Below the pieces are notes generated by a model. That model was given only the letters and a program-made list of their open reading frames with translations, ran no database searches and was not told where the DNA came from. A DNA stretch of 64,000 bases, from positions 18,887 through 82,886 of the forward strand of contig JAUCBJ010001302.1 in the NCBI GenBank assembly GCA_032718475.1, read 5' to 3'. This stretch comes from Nemertoderma westbladi. Lineage: Eukaryota; Animalia; Xenacoelomorpha. A program made the position numbers and the translations under genes. Shown piece by piece: positions 1 through 12,840 of the stretch. Position 1 is the stretch's first letter. Each line of letters starts with the position of its first letter.

Positions 1-937
1 AGCCATACTGCTATCGTCGCCACTGCACCGTGTAGTTACGATGGATGATTAGCCATACCGCTATCGTCGCCACTGCACCGTGTAGTTACGACGGATGATT
101 CTGCTAACATCGGCACCACACCTTGTAGTTTGTAGTTACACCGTACTGTTAGTCCATTGACATTGCATACCATCTGCAGAAACAACCCCCAAAGGCTGCG
201 AGGCTGTGTGTGGTGGTGATATTGCGTTGTAGAGAGCTATAGTAGTTTCACTAAATGTAGCGGCGTTGGTTTACTAATGAAGTAATGTAAAGTAGCAATC
301 AGATCCGCCTTCTAATCGTACGGGTCTAAAAGTGAATATAGATTACGTATCTCACATATGTTACATGAATGCTAAATATTGTAAATTATTTATTGATTGA
401 ATGAGATTCATTTAGGCATAATCCTTTGAAATGCAAATACAGTAGAACCAGATTAAAAGCTTTCCCATTATTATTAATCACTTTAACATACAATCAAAAT
501 TGGGCTAAATAGTTTATTGGTATTATGGTGGTAATACACTTTTATCATTAATTATCTTTCCTGATAATCACTGCTATAAGAATGTTTGCCAAAAAAAATA
601 AGTCCACTTTGTAGCACAGAGATTATTTGACTCCTTAAATCTAGCCAATCACTATATTCATTGCATTAATGTAAATAAACTTGTCAGTACTGTAAGACTT
701 ACTTCATTGTGGATATAATAAATGCATTTAATATACATTATACAATATACATATAATATATTATTGTTTATTATTTACACTAAATTAATTGGAGTTGAGC
801 TGTTATCTCAACTCAGTTATAAATGTTATTATTATTATGATTTTGTTCAGAAATGCAACTTATAGGATATACAAATTAATATTGCCTGTCCAATAGAATT
901 GGATTAAATAGGAAGGCAAGAGTCAGTGGAGAATGGC

Positions 938-999
938 TGAACTGGTTAGCGCTACTGACGAGGCCTGATAGTCCGAAACGCACGTATAGAGCTGGTTCA
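938..999 (+). ncRNA. Type I hammerhead ribozyme (minimal, Penelope-like-element style)
   Basis: Stem I gcgcta, CTGACGA (955-961), stem II ggcc/tgata/gtcc (one mismatch), GAAA (975-978), stem III acg/ca/cgt, cleavage triplet GTA (984-986), tagagc; outer tgaac/gttca pairing. Confidence 0.75.
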
Positions 1000-1191
1000 A
1001 ACCCCAGTGCTTCCTCAATTTTTCCATTTCAGAACAAAATCATTATTTTATAATATCATTATTTACACTAACAAAAAGATAACACAATGACACAATACAT
1101 AGGCCTTTATAGTAGTTCATTTATAAACTAAGATATCCTGTAACAATTTGGTATATTCTCTGCGATTGATTTGATTTTTGTTGGTCCAGAA

Positions 1192-1300
1192 ATGGATTCA
1201 GTTTTGGTAAAATCCGGTTCAAACAGAAAACGACATGGATCTGGATATGGTTCTTTCTATGATTACGAAGGAGAGACGGTGATTGACAGTCCTCTTCCGT
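1192..1300 (+). CDS. Candidate first coding exon (1a) of the ZnT gene: MDSVLVKSGSNRKRHGSGYGSFYDYEGETVIDSPLP
   Basis: Pyrimidine-rich tract with CAG at 1187-1189, ATG 1192, perfect GTAAGT donor at 1301; phase 1 matches the phase-1 acceptor at 24940/24943. No homology evidence. Confidence 0.45.
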
Positions 1301-2526
1301 GTAAGTTATCACCTTCTGACGTAAATTATTATTACTTATATACATATTATCCACTAGGCTCTATAACTGATTATTAAGAAATGCAGCAGGCCTTTATAAT
1401 GTATATTCTGTCCTACAATAAGGTAGGGAAATAGGAATGATACTTATCAGTTAGTGATATAGGGTGATATATATATATATATAGTGTAGTTATGATACGG
1501 AATAGGCAATAAACATAAAATTTAGTGATAAAGGTGGATTTTTCAGATAAATGGAATACCGGAGCCCGACGATGTAATACCGGAGCCCGACGATGTTAAT
1601 ACGTTACAGACCTGTAATTGCTCGTACTACTGCCAGTATATATTCTTCAAACCCTCATTGTGATCATCCAGTTTCTGTATTTGCATACGATTGCTATCCC
1701 TCAGACCATTGAGCTATTCCAATCTAAAATTGTTATAGCCAGAAAATATGTTAAATGATATACTGTTAGTGCGATAGCAATTTTATCCGTTATACATTTT
1801 ATAATTGTAAATAAAATGTAATTATAAAATTATTATAACCGCATATTCCATTCCCGAACCCGAACAGACAATAATAGTTTATAATTTATTCGAGCTTTTT
1901 GCTGAGGGAGGGTAAGAAATAGGTACTTTCATGCGAAGAGTTTTGCTGTACAGTACTTTAGTATTTATTAACATAATAAATCAATTAGTTTGTAATTATG
2001 TTCGATGCTCAACCACACCCACCGTCGTTTTGTTGCCACATATCATATTATTACAAAGTTTCATCTTTGTAGTTTCGACTCAAAAAGCCCCTTAAAGACA
2101 AAACGAGAGGTTATCTTCTAACCAATTGTTGTTCGCCTCCAAGGCTACAGTACAGGCAACAGTAAAAGTAAAAAGTAAAAAAACAATAATATATACACAA
2201 ATATAAAGTACGAAGGTTAAACCCGTCAGATACATAAATTAACAGTTGGAAGAATCAGGAAAGCCATATTGTAATAATCCATATTATTATAATTAGTGAT
2301 AAGAAACAGGCCGATGAACCACATTAAACGAACTGTAATCTAAAACAATCAAAAATAATCTAACAACTTATTTCCAGAACAGTCAGTATTCGAGGCTAGA
2401 GGAAGCTAATGCTCATTTACAGACCATATGTAAAGCTGAAATGACCGGCTTGTCCCTTTAAAGAAATTAATTCAGAAACGAAAACTTTTTTGGTCCGCCC
2501 CGCGGGCCTCTGTAGCAAGAAATGGC

Positions 2527-3190
2527 AATGGAAAGCAACGGTGATCCAATTCGCCACCCCCCCCCCCCCCCCCCCAAAAAAAAAATTATACTAATCTTAA
2601 AGAGATTGCCATTAAATTTGAAACTGAGGTAGTTTCACCTCCCTCCTCCTTGCAGGATGATGCCAGAATTTTTATTTTCGCTTTCATTCTATAGCTGCAA
2701 GCGTTTGAAAAAGGTGTTTACGGCGAAATTGTGAAATGGCGAAATTTACGGCGAATATGGATTCCAAAAATGTAACATAATCTAAATTTTTCATGCCCCT
2801 TTAGAGGCTGGCACAGATATAAGCGTTTAAAACGTGCATGGTTTTGCTTATAAGCTAGGCTATTTCATTATATTGAATAAATACAACAAATTCTAGAATA
2901 TTTTGTTTATCCCATACGTAGCTTGGCAACAATGAAATGCCTCTTTACTTTAATCATACTACAGTATTACGTAGCTACTCATGCATTAACAAAATGTTCC
3001 AGAATATGTTGTATTTATTTAATAGAATAAAATCTAGTTAAAGAATGAAAGCGAAATTAAAAATTCTGGCTCACCCAGCAAGGAGGGGGGAGGTGAAACT
3101 ATCTCTGTTTCAAATTTAATGCAATCTCATTACGATTTGTAAAAACATTTGGTGGGAGGGGGGCGAATTGGCCCACCGTTGCTTTCCATT
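2527..3190. mobile_element. Foldback/MITE-like inverted-repeat element, related to 43528-44505
   Basis: aatggaaagcaacggtg...gccagaattt (about 2527-2690) is mirrored by agaatgaaagcg...caccgttgctttccatt (about 3041-3190); internal ttccagaatat..tgtatttatt.aatagaataaa is shared with the 43.5-kb element. Confidence 0.75.
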
Positions 3191-3439
3191 CGTTTTCCAA
3201 TCCAGTTATTTTTTTACCCCATGACCCCTTTTATTATTCTTATGAACCCTTTTTTTCGATATTCAGACTGTACTGAATCATCATCCAGACTGGGATTCAC
3301 ACAGTAAAAGAGTAGAACATTGAATAAAATAAAATACAAATTAGGCCTACATTACAAAATATATTTGAATTAATTCAACTTTGTGCAACTCCCCTCTGCT
3401 CCTAACAACTCTCCTCCTTAACATGCACACAAGATGGCG

Positions 3440-3957
3440 ATAAGACATTTTTCTAACCAAAAATAACCGATCAGGATAACTTTAACCAATTGAGGGAAAG
3501 GAACAGGTTACAGAGGTAGGCATTTCTAAACAAAACAATAAACTATCACTTTACCAATTAAAGTAAAGGAGCAGGTTGCAGAGGCGGGTTTTCCTAACCA
3601 AAACCATAAACTATCTCTTTACCAATTGAGGGAAATGAGCAGTTTTCATAGGCAGGTTTTTCTAACCAAAACAATAAATGATCACTTTACAGCTTTACCA
3701 ATTGAGGGAGAGGAGCAGGTTACAATGGCGGGCTTTTTTTTAACCAAAACAGTAAACGATCACTTTACCAATTGAGGGAAAGGAGCCATGTTACAGAGGC
3801 GGGTTTTCCTAACCAAAACAAAAAACGATCACTTTTTATAAACAAAACAATAAATGATCACTTTACAGCTTTACCAATTGAGGGAGAGGAGCAGGTTACA
3901 GAGGCGGGTTTTCCTAACCAAAACAATAAACGATCACTTTTTCTAAACAAAACAATG
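3440..3957. repeat. Tandem array of a ~60-67 bp unit (ccaattgagggaaaggagcaggttacagaggcgggttttcctaaccaaaacaataaa...), about 8 copies
   Basis: Direct repeats visible; single dispersed relatives near 11765, 16822-16876, 45110 and 52920. Confidence 0.85.
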
Positions 3958-4174
3958 TTGGCATTGTTGATCTTGATGTAGTATGTAGGCAGGCTGTAGG
4001 CATGGTATAATATAATACAATAGTCATGGTCAATGACAATAGAAATCAAGACAGCTGGTTAATGCTGCACACAGTACAGTACCGTAAACTACTCTATGCT
4101 ATGGTTCCGCGTCATTACCTAAGACTCAGCACGCACAGCATATTTGGTCATAAAAAATACTTTTCTTCAAATTT

Positions 4175-5339
4175 CGGGTAAATCTTTTCGACCAACGCGT
4201 AGCTACGCGTAGCTACGCGTAGTTCGCAACATTGGGTCATATAGCACCAGTTTCATAGTTTTAACATTAACTACTCGTAGGTGCTACACATAGCTACGCG
4301 TAGGTCCTACGCGACCTACGCGTAGGTGCTACATATAATACTACGCGTAGGTGCTACCCATAACTATGCCTATACGACGTTTCTCATTAGTAGGCCTACG
4401 TATTCCAAGCGGTTCAGTACTAAAATAAGAATACTGTATGTTCAATAAACAATAACGCACAACCATCAAATGCTTTCAACAGTAATGTAACCTATACCTG
4501 TATACTCTATACAGAGGCATATACGCTAACCCTAGACATGCAGCATCACCAATCTACACTGATCGTAGCTTACGATCTTTATATGTCTTGGTAAGATCTT
4601 GGCACCTTTGTTCTATGATCTTAGCAGGGTTGGTAAAAACTACATATTCTTCACTTCATGCATTGCGGGCGCTAATGTGTTAATAATGTTTAAAGTTCAA
4701 AAATAGTTTACAAAGGAAATATGCCGATGGTTCTTATCGATACTCTATGCTTTTTATTGCCTTTGTTCACGATAGGGCAAGGATATATTTAATATGTTAA
4801 CCTCTTGACAAGGGAAGGGGGAGACTAAATTGTCTACCATGATTGGTTGCACTTGTTATTTGACCAAACAATTGAATTATGCAGTATTTATCAGCTTTCG
4901 CTTTAACCACTTCACCGGTAGACTGGTAGCTTTACTACTGTAGAATATTTAAATAATCCAATGGAAACAAATATACTTGAATCATGAGACGTGAATTTTA
5001 AGTCTACTTTTTATTCATCCTGTGTTTGTATGTGAAAGAGCCGATATTATTTATTACCAGTGCTGTATGTCGAGATATGAGCTTCCGACTCTGTTATTCC
5101 ATTACTCAACCCTACCGGACCTGAAATGAAAAATCATTGTTATCAGGACTGCTACGCGTAGCACCTACGCGTAGTTTCAAAATACCTACGCGTACAGTAG
5201 TTCCAAAATAACTACGCGTAGTTTTAAAACACCTACGCGTAGTTGTCAAAAAGGCAGTAAGTCTGGCCCTACCGGTAAATGACAGGAATGGAAGTTACAA
5301 ACTACGCGTAGCTACGCGTAGGTCGAAATGATTTACCCG
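4175..5339. mobile_element. Non-autonomous TIR DNA element with subterminal CTACGCGTAG palindrome clusters
   Basis: cgggtaaatcttttcgaccaacgcgtagctacgcgtag at 4175 versus ctacgcgtagctacgcgtaggtcgaaatgatttacccg ending 5339; motif clusters at 4190-4350 and 5150-5320; no TSD found. Confidence 0.75.
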
Positions 5340-6374
5340 CATTCCTAACCACAAGTCATAATACAATTTAGTGTCATACTGTAGGCAGGCAGGTAGTAGT
5401 AGACCGAAAAGTGAATGGCAATAATGCGGAAATTCAGTACCATCACAAGCAACAATAAGGAAGTGTGCAGAGTGCAGTACTGCTTGCAGTAGGCCTACAC
5501 CAGATAGGCCGTATTGCCTGAATGTTGCATAGGTTATCATTATCAGGTTATCTTCCTGTTAAACACCACGCTGGTATATACAGCTATATTTAGCTGTATA
5601 GCCTACAGCTAGGCCTATATATTACAGCCTAATATAATCGATAATAACTGACTGACTGATTAAATAATACCGATATGCTAGTACGTACTACAGTACTATG
5701 TAGCCTACTATGCCTGTATGGTGGTACTACTGTACTATGACAATATGACTACTGGCTGACTGGACACATGGACTACTGGACTATACTGCTATATGTAGCA
5801 ATACCTGCAATATACTGATATAGGTCTATGCTAGGCTTACCGCTAATAAACAAGTGCTATGTCAGTCAGTCAGTATTTCGATGTTTCTGGTTTCATTTGG
5901 CGAAGTCTTTAAAATCTGAGGAAAATGATTCAGTGAATATAGAATACTACAGATTGCAGGATTGATTCTTATAACAACTGAATAATTATTTAAATGGTTG
6001 ATTTAAAGTGAGAAAAGCTAAAACCGAAGCAGGAAATTCCAACGTCAGAACGTCTAAACGTGGAGAATGCGACCCTGCTTATACCCAGATACCGGTTTCA
6101 GGACTACAGTACCGGTACAATTCCGGTGCTAACAGGCTAATGGTATTGCTGTCTAGCTGTCTGTCTGTATTGAACTGTACTCATAAACATCCTACCCGCC
6201 TACTGTCAGACTGTTGCAGTATGCAGTACTGTATACTGGCAGACTGGTATATCAGTATTGATTTCAGTATTTGTTATTATGAACTGAAACAGTGAATTGA
6301 TTAAACAGTCCTAGACAAACTGACACAAACAGATTGCATCTGTCAAAATTTATTTAATTTCTGCAATCTAACCG

Positions 6375-6495
6375 ATGGGGTCTCGGAGCGATTCCGATGA
6401 CGATTTACTAGTCGATATTCGTGGTTCTGGTGAAGATGATATACAACTTTTGGACTCCAGGATGTCTATTAATCTGGTTGACAACCGAAACCAAG
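6375..6495 (+). CDS. Candidate alternative first coding exon (1b) of the ZnT gene: MGSRSDSDDDLLVDIRGSGEDDIQLLDSRMSINLVDNRNQ
   Basis: Open 40 codons plus 1 nt, AAG|GTCAGG donor, phase 1; acidic and dileucine-containing, as in cytosolic N-termini of vesicular transporters. Confidence 0.45.
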
Positions 6496-6657
6496 GTCAG
6501 GCTGTGTTCGTAACCAAAATTTCATTATAACATTTTAATTAAATGTATTGCTGTATGCAGGTATGCTGTGTATTGTATTGATATTCTACTACACGAATCC
6601 CCACCTACATTTTTAAGGGAAATTATTAGTACAGTACTGCGTCAGTAGTCATAGTCA

Positions 6658-8545
6658 GTACGCAAATACGCATAATTCCAATTGGGGTGTCGTTTCAGCC
6701 TATGGAAGTATTTCCGGGCTTCTAATTGGCTGTTCCTTAAATAAGCTCACCTCATTGGCTAACAATCTCCCATAGCCTGATAGCCAAAAGGTGTGTCGGT
6801 TCGGCATAATTAGCAGAAAGGGTGTCGGTTGGGGAAAGGCAGTTTTGTTACTTTTATATTTTACTTACTCCTTCCGCATTAAACAGGTAAATCACAATTA
6901 TTTTGTCTATACTCTTGGTTCCTTAAAGGGGAATACTTGTCATTAGTTTTTGTCGCGTAAGCCTACAAGGTTATTATTATTAAGACACACAAAAATATAA
7001 AAAACAATTCGTGAAAGTAACATAGAATTTAAAAATCAATGTCTGAATCAGATTCTCCATCGTCGATTACCCGAGATAGTAACAAGTAAGAATGAATAAC
7101 TAGCAATTACAGAATTGCAAGTACTGTATTCTGTTACACTGGAGGAGCAGCACTCTTAAACAAGACTTATATACTACTTCCATTTTTACCCGGGCACGGG
7201 TTGTTCATGTACACCTCCAGTAATATATTACATCTTCCATTATAGTGGAAGTACAGTATTATTCTATCAACTGGATATCGTTGTTTGGTTCTGCTTGGAC
7301 TTAATTTTAGGACACTGCATGTCCACATTTAAAATATCTCTTACGATGGCTCTATCACACTACAGGCGGCACTTTTATATGGAAAACATACAGTGTTATT
7401 TTACTTGGTTAACTTGGCTTACTTAGTGACTTGGTTTTTGGGGTGTTTTGTACAGTAGGTATACTGACCTGCTGACTGGGATATTGGTTTGTTTTTTAGG
7501 TTAGGGTTTGTTGGTCAGACTCAAACCATAATTAAAGCAGTAATTTAACCCTAAGTCATGAGGCTCTAATCTAAGAAATTTTGTGGAATTTCGGACTTTT
7601 TGCTGTTGGCCCGAAGGTCCAATAGTAATGTCTGAAATTCCACAAAATGTCTTACACGCCTATTTCGTTCTTTTGGGTTCTATTGGGTTCTTTTGGGAGT
7701 TTAGTAGGACCAGGGCTGGATTAAGGCGTAGGCTAGCTAGGCTCCTATAGCCTAGGGGCCCCCGACTTTTTGGGGCCCCCCAATTTCAAAACATGTAAAG
7801 GAGGTGCAAATTAAAAATCATAAAGCGTTAAGTAATGTACAATTGAAAGAAACTATGGAAACCATTCTTTGACTTGAAAATCATGAATTTTACCGGTTTA
7901 CATGTAATTTTACAGAGGAGTCATCATTAATATTACTAAATTCGGTGCCATTGAACTTCAGATATTGGTTTTTAAACTCTGAGCAGTAGAGCAGTTAATT
8001 ACTATAGGGGCTGTTGCTCTGTTACCATTATTGTAGAAATAAATGTTTTTAACAATTTTCAAATTCAAAACATTTCGCTGGTATGGCCCTAGCATTCGAG
8101 GGACCGCTAAACCCCCCACCCACAGTACGACCCCTGCTGCCAAAGGTCGAGGGCCCCTCATTTGACATAGTGGTCCCAAAGGGCTAGGGGAACGCGACAA
8201 AAACGAATAATGACAACAAGTATTTCCCGCTATTGACCACCCCCCCCCCCCCCCCCCCCCCCATACGCTGTTAGTTTACAAATGATTTGCCTACTATGCA
8301 CTACGTGGCTCGCGCAGATGTCATTGTGAATTAATTATATAATTTGTAGATTAGTTATAGTATGTATCGGGGCCTGTGGCAGTATTATTTGTTAATAACA
8401 GAAGTGCTTTTCCCCAACCGACACCCTTTCTGAACCGACACACCTTTTGGCTACGGGAGATTGTTAGCCAATGAGGTGAGCTTATTTAAGGAACAGCCAA
8501 TTAGAAGCCCAGAAATACTTCATAGCTGCATAGGAATATGCGTAC
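6658..8545. mobile_element. TIR element with ~140-bp inverted ends, containing nested insertions
   Basis: 6700-6841 is inverted relative to 8405-8525; nested inverted pair 6928-6958/8192-8229; hAT-like CAGGGCTGGATTAAG end at 7711; small inverted repeat 7572-7654. Confidence 0.7.
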
Positions 8546-8546
8546 A

Positions 8547-9494
8547 GTACTAGACTAAGATAAGTACCGTACTAGACTAAGTTCCGTACTTGACTAAGAT
8601 TAGTACCTTATTAGACTAAGATTAGTACCGTACTAGACTAAGATTAGTACCGTACTAGACTAAGATTAGTACCGTACTAGACTAAGATTAGTACCGTACT
8701 AGACTAAGATTAGTACCGTACTAGACTAAGATTAGTACCGTTCTAGACTAAGATTAGTTCCGTACTAGATTAAGATTAGTACCGGACTAGACTAAGATTA
8801 GTACCTTATTACACTAAGAATAGTACCGTACTAGACTAAGTTTAGTACCGTTCTAGACTAAGATTAGTACCGTACTAGACTAAGATTAGTTCCATTCTAG
8901 ACTAAGATAAGTTCCGTACTAGACTAAGATTAGTTCCGTACTAGACTTAGATAAGTAGCGTACTAGATAAGATAAGTACCGTGCTAGACTAAGATTAGTA
9001 CCGTACTAGACTAAGATTAGTACCGTACTAGACTAAGATTAGTACCGTACTAGACTAAGATTAGTACCGTACTAGACTAAGATTAGTACCGTTCTAGACT
9101 AAGATTAGTACCGTACTAGATTAAGATTAGTACCGTACTAGACTAAGATTAGTACCGTACTAGACTAAGATTAGTACCTTATTAGACTAAGAATAGTACC
9201 GTACTATACTAAGATTAGTACCGTTCTAGACTAAGATTAGTACCGTACTAGACTAAGATTAGTACCGTTCTAGACTAAGGTTAGTACCTTATTAGACTAA
9301 GATTAGTACCGTACTGGATTAAGATAAGTACCGTACTAGACTAAGATTAGTACCGTACTAGACTAAGATTAGGACCGTTCTAGACTAAGATTAGTACCGT
9401 ACTAGACTAAGATTAGTACCGTACTAGACTAAGATTAGTACCGTACTAGACTAAGATTAGTACCGTACTAGACTAAGATTAGTACCGTACTAGA
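8547..9494. repeat. 22-bp minisatellite (tagactaagattagtaccgtac), about 43 copies
   Basis: Direct reading; begins at the right end of the preceding TIR element. Confidence 0.95.
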
Positions 9495-9834
9495 TTTGAC
9501 GTGGAATTCACAATAAGCCCAATAAATCATTTCTTTCGAATATTTTTCAAAGTATAAATTACATATTATTTGAATATTAACAACAAACATTCTGTTAACT
9601 TAAATCGAAAAAATTTAGAACTCGCAGCTGAGCTAAAATGGCGTGTTAATTTTCGAACTGTTCGGATCGAACAGTATGACCTACAACAACTTATCTCGCT
9701 TTAGTAATTCTTTTCAATGGCAATGAGTGGACTCTGTGCTATATTATTTGACTGTATTGTTGTATGAAAATTATTAGATCGAGACAATAATTAATTGGTT
9801 AGTATCAAAGAGCTAGCGAACAGTATAGTAATTC

Positions 9835-9955
9835 AAATGGGCCTCTTATCGACCCTAGTGGATGAAAGGTTGAACGTGTAACCAAGCGGGGTTCGAACCT
9901 ACAACTTCAACCAATAGATTGCAAGCCCGTCGCTCAACCAACTGAACCACTCCGC
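9835..9955 (-). mobile_element. tRNA-derived SINE fragment with a Deu/Nin-domain-like segment
   Basis: Minus strand: A box TGGTTCAGTTGG, CT-TGC-AA loop, B box GGTTCGAACCC, then tcaacctttcatccactagggtcgataa, which resembles the Deu/Nin conserved SINE domain. Confidence 0.65.
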
Positions 9956-10921
9956 ATTCTAAGAACAGCTTAGTAGTAATAAGCATCGCATTGTCCAAAA
10001 AAATTATTAACTCTATTTTATATGACGGCCTTTAGTTTAATTGCCGTTAATTGTTTGATTGCACATACATACAGTACCGGTACATGATGTGATCAACAGT
10101 ACATAAACATCATGATCAAACGCCTTAGTCTTAAAGGATAGTAAATTGCTGTGAAACTCATAATAACTCTAGAGGACAATATTCACCTTATAGCTGTACA
10201 TTTAACGGGGTTATTTACAATCACATCATATACAATCATATTGTATGACTCGGGTATATTTTTAAGAGGTCGCTGTTACCGTATACCCTCAGTCGTATTT
10301 CTTATTGCACAGAGCCATCCATATGTTATACACTGACAGGCTACAAGGCTTGCCTTGATACACACCAGGTAATCACCATTAGCCCAAAGATACGCATCGT
10401 TAACTTTCTATAAGTTTACCGGAGTGCTGATTGCTATCGCTGTTGGGTCCCAGTCGATTAACATTATGCCTTTAGTAGAGTAACAAAATTTAATTTACAT
10501 CATTTGTCCGTATCCACCTTTAAGATCGAGACTGCATGTAGTTCAAGCTTCAAGCATCAATCAGTTATCCTGAATTTTTTGCTCGGATAAACACCAACTT
10601 GAATTAGTTAATTCTTTTTCCCAATTATCAACCCCAGCATGAGTGAGTGGGCATTCTCTCGTCTCCCCCATTGGCTCAATGGATCGCCTTCCCATTGGTT
10701 GTGCCATCTCCTAATCCACCTATCAGATCGACTATTTACAAATGTGAAGCAAGTTTTTTCGATGTTTTACCGTTTAAATGCTGGAGGTATTTCTAGATTA
10801 ATTGAATAGGTTGATTTGATACTTTGATGCCAACCATTATTATACTAATTTGTACTGAATCTGTGAGCGAGTGTTAATATGTTTTAATAAGGTAGTTCCG
10901 TGCCCAGGTCACCGGGGTAAT

Positions 10922-11010
10922 CATAATATTGTTGGGGGGAGTTTGATCTTTTACATAACTTTAATTTTGTGTCACCTGTAAAAGATCAAACTCCCCCCAA
11001 CAATATTATG
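10922..11010. repeat. Perfect 34-bp inverted repeat with 21-bp spacer (mini-MITE or hairpin)
   Basis: cataatattgttggggggagtttgatcttttaca / tgtaaaagatcaaactccccccaacaatattatg. Confidence 0.85.
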
Positions 11011-11881
11011 TTATTATGTTTTTGTTTACACGATACTGTTTGTTGCTAACGTTACTCTAACTAGCGTTCTGTTGGTTGATGTCCGTGTAATGCTCGGAAT
11101 GGCTGAGACGAACGAATTCTTTTGTTTCCTTTCAAATTGTGGAGTTTATCACTGATAGTTCGAATTGCGTTTTACATATATTCGAACTTAACTTGTCCTG
11201 GATCAATCAATATTAATCCATTTTGATCTAGGTAATTTGATAATTCCTGATCAAAGATAGAAAGATCCGGTTTCTTTCCATACGTAGTATACAACTCTAG
11301 TGACAGTGATCTGCAAAGTGTTAACTGTTGATTAACTTTTCTTGATTAACCTTTAATCTTCGCTTTAAATCATTTCATGCTAGACCTTGGGACAAAGCTC
11401 AATTTCCCCTACACTGTCAGAGGGTTTGGGTGCAATCTTCGCCCGCGCCCAACCGTCGCCCGGGCGAAGGTTGGACTGGGGCGAAGGTTGTTCGTGGGCA
11501 AACGTTGCACCAACCGACACTAAGGCACTGTAGGTGCTGCCAGGGAAGTATAAGTCCAATTGATCAGGGGCAAGTCAGAAATATGAGCTAACAGGCCCAC
11601 CCTGGGTAGTGGTTAAATTCGTTACGGGAGGGGGGGGGGGGGGGGGGGGGGAGTTTTCATTTCATCATGAATGCTTTACAGGGCAAATCCAATCTCGTCT
11701 CGAATTCTCCATGTTCAATTACAAATTCAGGTAATTGAGCGGAGATTGTGTTTTGGCATGCTATTCTAACCAAAACAATAAACGAAAGTCAATAGAACAG
11801 GTTATAGTTATATAGTTACGAGTAATCGTATTTTTATTTACGATCAATTGCTATATTTGCTGTTAATTTTGATTGACTCAA

Positions 11882-12189
11882 GTGCATGAGTCGTGTGTGT
11901 AGTGTAGTGTATGTGAGTATTACAAGTACATGAGTCGTGTGTGTAGTGTAGTGTATGTGAGTATTACAAGTGCATGAGTCGTGTGTGTAGTGTAGTGTAT
12001 GTGAGTATTACAAGTACATGAGTCGTGTGTGTAGTGTAGTGTATGTGAGTATTACAAGTGCATGAGTCGTGTGTGTAGTGTAGTGTATGTGAGTATTACA
12101 AGTGCATGAGTCGTGTGTGTAGTGTAGTGTATGTGAGTATTACAAGAGCATGAGTCGTGTGTGTAGTGTAGTGTATGTGAGTATTACAA
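11882..12189. repeat. 44-bp minisatellite, 7 copies
   Basis: gtgcatgagtcgtgtgtgtagtgtagtgtatgtgagtattacaa repeated. Confidence 0.95.
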
Positions 12190-12310
12190 AACGGTATTGC
12201 AAAATTATAAATGGTTGTTTACAGTATATTATAAATTTATATATACATTCCTTATATATATATATACATTTTAAACAGCATTAATTGAACAAGGATATCA
12301 TTATCCTGCA

Positions 12311-12392
12311 ATGGATGGTTGTATGGGCAGGATTAATGTCTATCGGCTGAGGTGGTACAAGTATTTCGTTAATGATTTTGATGATCCTCCAG
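12311..12392 (+). CDS. Candidate alternative first coding exon (1c) of the ZnT gene: MDGCMGRINVYRLRWYKYFVNDFDDPP
   Basis: GCAATGG start context, 27 codons plus 1 nt, CAG|GTGACT donor, phase 1; possible upstream acceptor ttttaaacag at 12278. Confidence 0.3.
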
Positions 12393-12840
12393 GTGACTTT
12401 TTATAAAAAATGTTTTCTTTATAATAAACGCTATTAGTTCCCACTACATTTTAGTTGAACTGTACATGTACTGTACAATATATAAAATACAAAAATCCTA
12501 TTTGACGATTTTATGATACAACAGCAGAAGGCATAATATACTTCAAGTTCACGTTTTTTACCTGTAAGCTCCAGAAATCTTACATGTTCATTGTTCAAAG
12601 GCAAGTGTCAGATGAACTGTTGAGTAAATGGCACAGCACAACCCAACCCTCTTTTTTGGAATTTTCAACAAATGTTAACAACTATATATTAACCAGTATC
12701 TTAATTAATTTTACCTCAATAGTCAATATTCACAATCAATACTTTTACAAATTTAGATTTTTCCTTGTATGCCAGCCAGCTTCTTTGACTTTGTCTTATT
12801 TGTTCTATACGACCACTTTGATTAGTAGTTTAGAAATTAT

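Noticed and set aside
1-100. Two copies of a 50-bp unit at the window edge
   Set aside because: Probably the end of another tandem array; truncated by the window, so it cannot be assessed.
8547-9494. CRISPR-like appearance of this and the other regular arrays
   Set aside because: No unique spacers and no cas genes; eukaryotic intron context.
9880-9955. tRNA-Ala gene
   Set aside because: Anticodon and acceptor stems pair poorly and the sequence continues into a SINE body.
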